Of a stretch of DNA of 37,308 nt, positions 19,680 to 29,547 are shown piece after piece. The notes beneath the pieces were generated by a model. The model worked only from the letters and a program-made list of their open reading frames with translations. It made no database searches and was not told where the DNA came from. Source of the DNA: a virus (lineage: Duplodnaviria > Heunggongvirae > Uroviricota > Caudoviricetes); IMG/VR virus record IMGVR_UViG_2684623059_000004; one strand, given 5' to 3'. Numbering within the stretch: position 1 is the stretch's first letter; each line of letters opens with the position of its first letter. The translations under genes were made by a program, and so were the position numbers.

Positions 19680-19883
19680 TCAGTCCCATAGCTGGACGGT
19701 CTGCACGGTGGTGGTGGTCGGAATGTCCGGCAGCTCCACCTGCAGCCCGTGAGGTAAAAAGGGGCCGTATTCGGCAAGCCCCGGATTTGCCTTCAGTACC
19801 TGCTCCGTGACACCCTGCGTGCGCCCGTAATGACGCCAGCAAAGCGCGTCCACCGTGTCATACTGATGCGCACGCACTTTCAT
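19680..19883 (-). CDS. X: tail protein X
   Basis: 67-aa ORF, same size and position as P2 X. Confidence 0.7.
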   Translation of the reverse strand: MKVRAHQYDTVDALCWRHYGRTQGVTEQVLKANPGLAEYGPFLPHGLQVELPDIPTTTTVQTVQLWD

Positions 19884-20410
19884 CAGATAAGCTCCACTGT
19901 GCAGTGCGGCGCATCCTGTACCCGGCTGATGGCCCAGCGGGCGTCACGCCATAAATCACCGCTGGCTTCTGCCAGTTCCTCGCCTCGCTTCACACCGGAT
20001 GCCGTGGCGTCATAGTCCTGGTATCGTTCGTTGAGCATGGCGCGTGCCCAGCAGTAAACCGCGTTGAAATAGTGCTGAATACGCTCACTTTTCCCATCCA
20101 GCTGTTCTGCCGGAACCTCTGCCAGCGAGGCATATCCCAGCATCTGCTGGCGTCTGCGAAACTCATACAGCTCTGCGTTGACCTCCGAAATTGCCGACAG
20201 GGCAACCTGTTTTAAACGCGGCTGCGTCACCGTGCCGTCAGTGCGCATAACACTTCGAAACTCCGACAGGTCCACATCAGGCCAGAACGGCGTATTTCTG
20301 ATGATTTCCGCCTGTTCCGGTGCCTGTTCTGGCGCAACAAACTTCATGCTGCTTTCTCCTGAAATAAAGGGCGGTGGACGGGGTTTTGATGTGGCAGTGC
20401 CTTTCGCCAC
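19883..20410 (-). CDS. L: head completion protein L
   Basis: 175-aa ORF in the P2 L position. Confidence 0.8.
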   Translation of the reverse strand: MAKGTATSKPRPPPFISGESSMKFVAPEQAPEQAEIIRNTPFWPDVDLSEFRSVMRTDGTVTQPRLKQVALSAISEVNAELYEFRRRQQMLGYASLAEVPAEQLDGKSERIQHYFNAVYCWARAMLNERYQDYDATASGVKRGEELAEASGDLWRDARWAISRVQDAPHCTVELI

Positions 20411-20442
20411 CCCGTGCCGCCCGTGCGCGGGGGCACGTTCTG

Positions 20443-21093
20443 TCAGCGGCTGTCATTGCGCAGTCTGCGCTCCAGCTGCTGTTTGTCTTTTTTCACGCCA
20501 CAGCGGGGATCGAGCTGTAACGCATGGTTGAGATGATTAAGGGCGGAAGCCGGATTGCTTTCACTCAGGACAGCGCCAATCGCTTTATGCAGACGCGCCC
20601 GTGACTGGTCTGGCATATCCAGACCGTCTGTCAGCTCCAGCGTCTGCAGCAACAGATCGGCATCAAAGCCGGTGGCGGCAAGCATTGCGCTCTGCGCTGC
20701 ATCTGCCATTTCTTCTGCCAGCACGGTCTGCACGTTGCGGTTACCCAGCGGCATCACCCAGCCATGACGCAGGGCATGACGCCCGATCTCCAGCGCCCCG
20801 GCATAATCTCCGGCATCAATGCGCCACAGCATCACGTACATCAGCACGTCATCCTGTTGAGCGCCTCCGGCAGCCAAGACGCCCTCCGCCCAGGCGGCAT
20901 ATTTCGGCAGCAGCTCCACCTTTATTTCCGCTTTTTTCACCGTGGACTGAACGCCCTTGAGACGGCGGCGGTCTTCCGCCAGTTGCAGCAGCATCAGGTC
21001 ATAGCCCGACGCGTGGCGAACACTGCCGCCCTCACGGGCGGCCTGTTCAGCCTGAACGCGCAGGCGATGCTGCCGTGCGGGACTCAGGCTCAT
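20443..21093 (-). CDS. M: terminase endonuclease/small subunit M
   Basis: 216-aa ORF in the P2 M position. Confidence 0.8.
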   Translation of the reverse strand: MSLSPARQHRLRVQAEQAAREGGSVRHASGYDLMLLQLAEDRRRLKGVQSTVKKAEIKVELLPKYAAWAEGVLAAGGAQQDDVLMYVMLWRIDAGDYAGALEIGRHALRHGWVMPLGNRNVQTVLAEEMADAAQSAMLAATGFDADLLLQTLELTDGLDMPDQSRARLHKAIGAVLSESNPASALNHLNHALQLDPRCGVKKDKQQLERRLRNDSR

Positions 21094-21096
21094 GGA

Positions 21097-22155
21097 TTAC
21101 GCTCCGGTTTCTGCTGCGGCGGCGCTGAAGTCGCCAATCTGGATGTTTTCCACCAGTGCGGCGCAGCGGTAGTCCTCAACCACATAGGCTTCGTTAACAG
21201 ATTCAAAGTTTTCAATCCGGTCACGTTTCGGGTTGTCAATAACTGAACGGCGGCGGGTGTCTTCCTGCCAGTAGATGGACAGGTTATCCAGACGGGTGAT
21301 CAGCAGCGCATTCGGCGGGAAGAACGGCGCACGCACGGCCTGCAGGCCCCCCATGCGTTTCTGACTGATGATCATATCGGCAGCCAGTTTTTCACTGTTT
21401 TCCTGCTCTTTGTTGACCAGCGGGAAATACTTGTCAGACAGCAGTTCACGCCCGCAAATCACCACCAGATCGTCATCGTCCTGGTAAACCACGTCGATAA
21501 GCTCATTGACGGCATCCATCACTACGGCGTCCAGGTTGGCATATTCGCCACCTTTCCCGACTTTCACCGCACCCGGTGTGGTTTCACCACCCGTGGTGGT
21601 GCTGCCCATGACGTGATCCGGTGCATCCTCACGGATTTTCTGCAGCCAGCCTTTATTCACATCCTGCAGCAGCGGGTTTTCGCTACGGTTGGAGGTTTTC
21701 GCACGCTTCACGCCGTTAAAGCCGATCATGATGCGGTCCAGTGCCTGACGTTTCACGATGGCGTCACGGATACGCACCTGGAAATCCTGAAACTTCGCCC
21801 ACAGGTCCAGCTTCGCGTAGGTCAGTACCGTGTCAAAGTTGGTCTGCTCGCATTTGTATTCAACATCGACCATCAGCGTAGGATCGACAGGTTCACGCTC
21901 TTTCGCGGTGGTGTCAGTGGTTCCGGCAATGGTGCTACCAACACCCAACCCCAGCAGCTGACCGGACTGCTCAGTCACTGGCGTGACGTTAATCAGCGTC
22001 AGGAAAGCGGCGGACTGCTGGATCTGGTCTTCCAGCGTCTGCTGTACAGACGGCTCCACGGTGAACTTGCTGGACAGTTCTTCAACTGCCACACCGTTCA
22101 GACGCGCCAGCTGCTGCAGGTAAGCGTTAAAAGCAAAGCGGGTATTCTTCTTCAT
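21097..22155 (-). CDS. N: major capsid protein
   Basis: 352-aa ORF in the P2 N position and of P2 N size. Confidence 0.85.
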   Translation of the reverse strand: MKKNTRFAFNAYLQQLARLNGVAVEELSSKFTVEPSVQQTLEDQIQQSAAFLTLINVTPVTEQSGQLLGLGVGSTIAGTTDTTAKEREPVDPTLMVDVEYKCEQTNFDTVLTYAKLDLWAKFQDFQVRIRDAIVKRQALDRIMIGFNGVKRAKTSNRSENPLLQDVNKGWLQKIREDAPDHVMGSTTTGGETTPGAVKVGKGGEYANLDAVVMDAVNELIDVVYQDDDDLVVICGRELLSDKYFPLVNKEQENSEKLAADMIISQKRMGGLQAVRAPFFPPNALLITRLDNLSIYWQEDTRRRSVIDNPKRDRIENFESVNEAYVVEDYRCAALVENIQIGDFSAAAAETGA

Positions 22156-22171
22156 CAGGTTTTGTGCTCCA

Positions 22172-23005
22172 TCAGCAATTGGTCAGAGTGTCAGCGGGGG
22201 CGTTACCGCCTGTTGCACGCTGGCGGTAGTCCTGGCGGCTGTCTTCATGACTCAGCTTATTCACCAGTTCTTTAAAGGCGGTTTGCTGCTCCTGCAGAGC
22301 AGTCTCCAGCTCAGACAGGCGTTCTTCCTGTTCAGCCAGGGATTTTTCGGTGCGTGTGCTCAGGTTCTGCTGCTCAGTGGCGACCAGCTCCACGGCCTTA
22401 TGCACATCAGAGAACCGGGCATCGTCTGACTGCTCGTTTTTGGTGAACAGCGCCGTGACGCGGGCAAACAGGGACGGTTTGTCATCCTGGACTTCTTCCA
22501 GTTCGATCACCGTTTCCTCTGCAGCGGTAAAAAGATTGGCGGGATTCTGCTTGCGGTTTGCCAACGGGTTATGGGCTGCACTGGCGCTGAATGTCAGCAT
22601 TTCCGTACCCAGACTGGCTGGATCATCAGTGGCAGCCAGGCCAACCAGGTAGGCTTTGCCCGTATCAGCGAACTTCGGGCTGACTTCCATAGAGGTGAAT
22701 AATTTCTGGCCTTTTTTCACCAGCTCCACCAGGGACTCCGTTGGCTCAACGTCGGCATACAGCGCCATCTTGCCTGCCAGCGGGCCTTCCGTGATTTCTT
22801 CAGCAAACAGCGCCGTCACCTTGCCGTAGCGGTTAAAGGTGCTGTCCGGCAGATAAGACTTGATGTGCTCAAGGTTAATCAGCGCGGTATACACTGCGGA
22901 GTTGTAGCTGGCTGCCATCTGTTCCAGCCATTCACGCTGGATTTCGCGTCCGTCGGTGGTGGCACCTTCCACCCCGATGCGAAAACGCTTTGCTTTCACT
23001 GTCAT
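22172..23005 (-). CDS. O: capsid scaffold protein
   Basis: 277-aa ORF with acidic coiled-coil C-terminus, in the P2 O position. Confidence 0.8.
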   Translation of the reverse strand: MTVKAKRFRIGVEGATTDGREIQREWLEQMAASYNSAVYTALINLEHIKSYLPDSTFNRYGKVTALFAEEITEGPLAGKMALYADVEPTESLVELVKKGQKLFTSMEVSPKFADTGKAYLVGLAATDDPASLGTEMLTFSASAAHNPLANRKQNPANLFTAAEETVIELEEVQDDKPSLFARVTALFTKNEQSDDARFSDVHKAVELVATEQQNLSTRTEKSLAEQEERLSELETALQEQQTAFKELVNKLSHEDSRQDYRQRATGGNAPADTLTNC

Positions 23006-23083
23006 GAGCCGTGCTCCGTTAGAAAAAACTTACTGGAGCCTTATGGTTGCGGTGATGAGGGCAGTGAAACAATGCGCGGTATT

Positions 23084-23101
23084 TGTACCGACAACCACAC
23101 A
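23084..23101 (-). promoter_or_regulatory. candidate Ogr-dependent late promoter element in the O/P divergent intergenic region
   Basis: exact TGT-N12-ACA dyad (tgtaccgacaaccacaca) about 87 bp upstream of the O start codon. Confidence 0.45.
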
Positions 23102-23147
23102 AACCGCAGGCGGGGAAAGCCTTCATTCAAGACTGTAGGTTTGTGCC

Positions 23148-24914
23148 ATGAACACCACACTGACACCCGCAGATCTCGATCCCCGTCGGCAGGCCATGCT
23201 GCTGTACTTTCAGGGATACCGCGTAGCCCGCATTGCTGAAATGCTGGGCGAGAAAGTTGCAACCGTTCACAGCTGGAAAAAACGCGACAAGTGGGGTGAC
23301 TATGGGCCGCTGGATCAGATGCAGCTCACCACCGCCGCACGCTACTGCCAGCTCATCATGAAGGAGCACAAAGAAGGGAAAGATTTCAAAGAGATTGACC
23401 TGCTGGCGCGCCAGTCGGAGCGCCACGCGCGGATCGGCAAGTTTAACAATGGCGGCAACGAAGCCGACTTAAACCCTAACGTCGCCAACCGCAACAAAGG
23501 CCCGCGCCGTCAGCCGGAAAAGAATGTTTTCACCGATGAGCAGATTGAGAAGCTGGAAGAAATCTTCCATTCCTCCATGTTCAACTACCAGCGCCACTGG
23601 TGGGAAGCCGGAAAAACCAACCGCATCCGCAACCTGCTGAAGTCTCGCCAGATCGGCGCGACCTTCTATTTTGCCCGTGAAGCCCTGATTGACGCCCTGC
23701 TTACCGGACGTAACCAGATTTTCCTTTCTGCCAGTAAGGCTCAGGCCCACGTCTTTAAACAATACATCATCGACTTCGCCAAAGAAGTCGAGGTGGAGCT
23801 AAAAGGCGATCCGATGGTGCTTCCTAACGGAGCCACGCTTTACTTCCTCGGCACCAATGCCCGCACGGCCCAGAGTTATCACGGCAACCTGTATCTGGAT
23901 GAATATTTCTGGATACCGAAATTCCAGGAGCTGCGCAAAGTGGCTTCCGGGATGGCTATTCACAAGAAATGGCGACAAACCTATTTTTCCACGCCATCCA
24001 GCCTGACCCACAGTGCTTATCCGTTCTGGTCCGGTGCGCTGTTCAACCGTGGACGCAACAAAGCTGACAAGGTGGACATCGACCTGTCCCACAGCAATCT
24101 GGCCCCCGGCCTGCTGTGCGCAGACGGGCAATACCGCCAGATAGTCACCGTGGAAGATGCGGTGCGCGGCGGCTGTAACCTGTTCGACCTCGACCAGCTG
24201 CGCATGGAGTACAGCCCGGACGAATACCAGAACCTGCTGATGTGCGAGTTCGTGGACGATCTCGCGTCCGTGTTCCCGCTCAGCGAACTGCAGGCGTGCA
24301 TGGTGGACAGCTGGGAAGTCTGGACCGACTTTCATGCACTGGCCCTGCGCCCGTTTGGCTGGCGCGAAGTGTGGATCGGTTATGACCCGGCAAAAGGTAC
24401 GCAGAACGGCGACAGTGCCGGATGCGTGGTGGTGGCTCCGCCAGCCGTGCCGGGTGGTAAGTTCCGCATTCTTGAGCGTCACCAGTGGCGCGGGATGGAC
24501 TTCCGCGCCCAGGCTGACGCCATCAAAAAACTGACCGAACAGTATAACGTGACCTATATCGGTATCGACTCGACCGGCGTCGGTCACGGGGTTTACGAGA
24601 ACGTGAAAGCGTTTTTTCCTGCCGTCAGGGAGTTTGTCTATAACCCCAACGTTAAAAACGCCCTGGTACTCAAGGCCTACGACATTATCAGCCACCGCCG
24701 TCTGGAGTTTGACGCCGGGCACACCGACATTGCGCAGTCATTTATGGCAATCCGTCGCGCTACCACTGCCAGTGGCAACCGCCCGACCTATGAAGCCAGC
24801 CGCAGCGAAGAAGCCAGCCATGCCGATCTGGCCTGGGCAACAATGCACGCACTGTTTAACGAACCGCTGCAGGGCGAGTCCGCCAATACCAGCAATATTG
24901 TGGAGATTTTTTGA
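23148..24914 (+). CDS. P: terminase large (ATPase) subunit
   Basis: 588-aa ORF, P2 P size; divergent from O. Confidence 0.85.
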   Translation: MNTTLTPADLDPRRQAMLLYFQGYRVARIAEMLGEKVATVHSWKKRDKWGDYGPLDQMQLTTAARYCQLIMKEHKEGKDFKEIDLLARQSERHARIGKFNNGGNEADLNPNVANRNKGPRRQPEKNVFTDEQIEKLEEIFHSSMFNYQRHWWEAGKTNRIRNLLKSRQIGATFYFAREALIDALLTGRNQIFLSASKAQAHVFKQYIIDFAKEVEVELKGDPMVLPNGATLYFLGTNARTAQSYHGNLYLDEYFWIPKFQELRKVASGMAIHKKWRQTYFSTPSSLTHSAYPFWSGALFNRGRNKADKVDIDLSHSNLAPGLLCADGQYRQIVTVEDAVRGGCNLFDLDQLRMEYSPDEYQNLLMCEFVDDLASVFPLSELQACMVDSWEVWTDFHALALRPFGWREVWIGYDPAKGTQNGDSAGCVVVAPPAVPGGKFRILERHQWRGMDFRAQADAIKKLTEQYNVTYIGIDSTGVGHGVYENVKAFFPAVREFVYNPNVKNALVLKAYDIISHRRLEFDAGHTDIAQSFMAIRRATTASGNRPTYEASRSEEASHADLAWATMHALFNEPLQGESANTSNIVEIF

Positions 24915-25939
24915 TGGGAAAGAGTAAGAAGAACCGCGCTGCGTCGACGAAACAGATCCAGCATAAAAGCCAGACTTCAGCCGAAGCATTCAGCTTCGGT
25001 GATCCCGTTCCTGTTCTGGACCGCCGCGAACTGCTGGACTATGTGGAATGCGTACAGATGGATCGTTGGTACGAGCCGCCTGTGAGTTTCGACGGACTGG
25101 CGCGAACCTTCCGCGCCGCCGTGCATCACAGCTCACCGATTGCAGTGAAGTGCAACATTCTGACCAGCACCTACATCCCTCACCCGCTGCTCAGCCAGCA
25201 GGCTTTTTCGCGTTTTGTACAGGACTATCTGGTTTTTGGTAACGCCTACCTGGAGAAACGCACGAACCGCTTCGGTGAAGTTATCGCCCTTGAGCCTGCA
25301 CTGGCAAAATACACCCGACGCGGGTTAGACCTTGATACCTACTGGTTTGTGCAATACGGCATGACTACGCAGCCGTATCAGTTCACGAAAGGCAACATTT
25401 TTCATCTGATGGAACCGGACATCAACCAGGAGATCTACGGCCTGCCCGGTTATCTTTCTGCCATTCCGTCAGCTCTGCTCAACGAGTCCGCCACGCTGTT
25501 CCGCCGCAAGTATTACATTAACGGCAGTCATGCAGGCTTCATCATGTACATGACCGATGCAGCGCAGAACCAGGAGGATGTGAACAACCTCCGCAATGCG
25601 ATGAAAAGCGCCAAAGGTCCTGGTAACTTCCGTAACCTGTTTATGTACTCGCCTAACGGTAAAAAGGACGGGCTTCAGATTATCCCGTTGTCAGAAGTGG
25701 CGGCGAAGGATGAGTTTCTGAATATCAAAAATGTCAGCCGCGATGACATGATGGCAGCGCACCGTGTGCCACCGCAAATGATGGGGATTATGCCAAATAA
25801 TGTCGGGGGGTTTGGGGATGTGGAAAAAGCGAGTTTAGTGTTTGTGAGGAACGAATTAATACCCTTACAGAAAAGGATGCAGGAATTAAATAAATGGCTT
25901 GAAGATAATATATTACAATTCAAACCATATAAATTTTAA
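24911..25939 (+). CDS. Q: portal protein
   Basis: 342-aa ORF, P2 Q size; ATGA-coupled to P. Confidence 0.85.
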   Translation: MMGKSKKNRAASTKQIQHKSQTSAEAFSFGDPVPVLDRRELLDYVECVQMDRWYEPPVSFDGLARTFRAAVHHSSPIAVKCNILTSTYIPHPLLSQQAFSRFVQDYLVFGNAYLEKRTNRFGEVIALEPALAKYTRRGLDLDTYWFVQYGMTTQPYQFTKGNIFHLMEPDINQEIYGLPGYLSAIPSALLNESATLFRRKYYINGSHAGFIMYMTDAAQNQEDVNNLRNAMKSAKGPGNFRNLFMYSPNGKKDGLQIIPLSEVAAKDEFLNIKNVSRDDMMAAHRVPPQMMGIMPNNVGGFGDVEKASLVFVRNELIPLQKRMQELNKWLEDNILQFKPYKF

Positions 25940-25980
25940 CGAAAAATCAGCCTTAGCGTTCATAACGTTAGGGCTGTTCA

Positions 25981-27927
<1,947 letters not shown>

Positions 27928-27979
27928 TCAACTTTCTGTTTTCCAGAAGTATTTTGCCTATTTTACGTGATAGCGCGCG

Positions 27980-27998
27980 CTCGTATCCCCGCCACGCC
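27980..27998 (-). other. cos-like cohesive-end site
   Basis: minus strand reads GGCGTGGCGGGGATACGAG followed by CGCGCGCT; first 13 nt and the GCGCGCT run match the P2/186 cos ends as I recall them. Confidence 0.5.
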
Positions 27999-28040
27999 TG
28001 CCCGCTTTATGTAGTGGTTTTCATGCACCTGCATGATCTA

Positions 28041-28068
28041 CGCAAAAGCCCGCCAGAACTGGCGGGCC
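28041..28068 (-). terminator. rho-independent terminator downstream of the lipoprotein gene
   Basis: 9-bp GC stem gcccgccag / ctggcgggc with 2-nt loop, followed on the minus strand by UUUU. Confidence 0.65.
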
Positions 28069-28171
28069 TTAACACAAAAGATCCTCAAACGATCATGCGA
28101 TCTCATGCAGCATAGACATGCGCGTTTATGCAGAATGTGCAAAATCGTAACATACTCAGTAAGCGTGAAAC

Positions 28172-28849
28172 CTAGAACGTGACAGCCTTGTCAAAGCCAG
28201 AAATAATTGTATAAGAAATAGACGAGTTATCAGCCTTGTTCACTTTGAACTTGGCACCTTTGTAAGCGATAACATCACTTCCCTTAGAATCTACAGAAAA
28301 ATCTGTTGTAAATGCTGCACGAGCCATATCGTTTGCAAATTCACGATAGGTGAACTTCATTACACCGCCTGCATTTCCATTGTATTCGATAGTCTTAACC
28401 AATGAATTACTCACTCGACACAGCCCATCAGGAACACGTTTGATAGAAATTTCTGATGCAGTATAAGAAGTGCCATTTGGCGGTGATATCTCATTTTTTG
28501 CAGCATCGTAACTAACATAATCAACATAGTTACCGATTTGCCCATAGAGATTTTTTAACGCAACAGCTTGAGGATTATGATAATTGCGGTAAATTCCATT
28601 CCCCTCACTGCAATATGTACCAGCAGCGATAGAAGACAATGCACCATTAGCCGCACCAAGTTCTAGTACGTCCGTTTTAAATCCAGTAGCAGATGTGATA
28701 ATGGGATCGCCCATGTAGGCGGTAGCACTTTGCCCAATAGCTGGCTTCACCACTTCAATAGCAGTGATATTTCGGTTAGAAGCATGTGGCACGCAACCAG
28801 TTAGGATTACAGCAAGAGATATTGGTAACGCTACATTATTAATTTTCAT
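28172..28849 (-). CDS. prophage lipoprotein at the P2 old/tin position
   Basis: signal peptide MKINNVALPISLAVILTGC with lipobox; start taken at Met19 of the longest ORF; own terminator. Confidence 0.7.
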   Translation of the reverse strand: MKINNVALPISLAVILTGCVPHASNRNITAIEVVKPAIGQSATAYMGDPIITSATGFKTDVLELGAANGALSSIAAGTYCSEGNGIYRNYHNPQAVALKNLYGQIGNYVDYVSYDAAKNEISPPNGTSYTASEISIKRVPDGLCRVSNSLVKTIEYNGNAGGVMKFTYREFANDMARAAFTTDFSVDSKGSDVIAYKGAKFKVNKADNSSISYTIISGFDKAVTF

Positions 28850-28962
28850 TTTTAGCCTATTATTCTTTTCTTGACAAAAAACAAGGCGATATCTGATTGA
28901 CATCGCCTCTCACTCATATGTAACCCTTTTTGATTAGTAAAAACAAGCGTCTATTGACAAAA

Positions 28963-29196
28963 TCAATGCAGCCAGCTGTCGTCTTCCCACACCTTCTGCA
29001 AAATTTTCATCACTTGTTTTCTTTCTTCGTCCAGTTGCAGTCCGGTCAGTTCCACACCGTTAGAGCTACCTTTACGGATACGGATTACCGTTTTGGGATA
29101 CAGGGGGCGCAGATTGCGGTAAAGCTCGGATTCAAGGGCGTCCAGGGTAGACTGGCTAATCTTCTGCTCTTTATCGATCATTATTTCAATGCGCAT
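28963..29196 (-). CDS. DinI-like protein
   Basis: 77 aa from internal Met (MRIEIMIDK...) with AGGTGA Shine-Dalgarno; C-terminal KILQKVWEDDSW resembles DinI. Confidence 0.65.
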   Translation of the reverse strand: MRIEIMIDKEQKISQSTLDALESELYRNLRPLYPKTVIRIRKGSSNGVELTGLQLDEERKQVMKILQKVWEDDSWLH

Positions 29197-29206
29197 AAAA
29201 GTCACC

Positions 29207-29395
29207 TCAACTGATGACATCCATTGAGCGGTTGTATTCGTGGGTTCTGATTTTTGCCATGAGTTCATCAGTCAATTCAGAAACCCACTGCAGAGCCAGC
29301 CCCTTCTCTTCATCACTACACTCACTAGCCGCTACAAGCTTAAGAAAAAAATCAATGCGCTGGAGCTTCAAAGACTCCAAAAAATAGTCCTGCAT
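29207..29395 (-). CDS. small protein, first gene of the LexA-boxed operon, possible Tum-like antirepressor
   Basis: 62-aa ORF with GGAGG 5 nt upstream of ATG; LexA box immediately upstream; function inferred from position only. Confidence 0.5.
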   Translation of the reverse strand: MQDYFLESLKLQRIDFFLKLVAASECSDEEKGLALQWVSELTDELMAKIRTHEYNRSMDVIS

Positions 29396-29437
29396 CTTTC
29401 CTCCTATGACACCACAAGCAATACTGTATACATAACC

Positions 29438-29457
29438 ACTGTTTATATTTACAGTAT
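29438..29457 (-). promoter_or_regulatory. LexA box
   Basis: ACTGTTTATATTTACAGTAT fits CTGT-N8-ACAG with AT-rich spacer; a half-match (TACTGTATACATAACCAC) lies at 29422-29439. Confidence 0.55.
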
Positions 29458-29547
29458 ATAATAATCTTACTGATGTAAAACGTTTTTTACGTTCATCGGC
29501 CTGATATGCCTGGTATTATTAAGAGCACGAATTGTTAACCCGCGTAA

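Noticed and set aside
23799-24722. 307-aa minus-strand ORF inside the terminase gene P
   Set aside because: Antisense to P, which has a clear phage-family identity; no independent support.
25940-25980. cos site in the 42-bp gap between Q and the RT gene
   Set aside because: Only a weak hairpin and no G-rich cos-like sequence here; the P2-like GGCGTGGCGGGG motif is instead at 27980..27998 on the far side of the retron.
28023-28035. Alternative retron a1 repeat (atcatgcaggtgc) pairing with 27782..27794
   Set aside because: It lies upstream of the strong terminator at 28041..28068 and beyond cos, leaving no room for a promoter; the 27896..27907 repeat gives an msr/msd length that fits a retron better.
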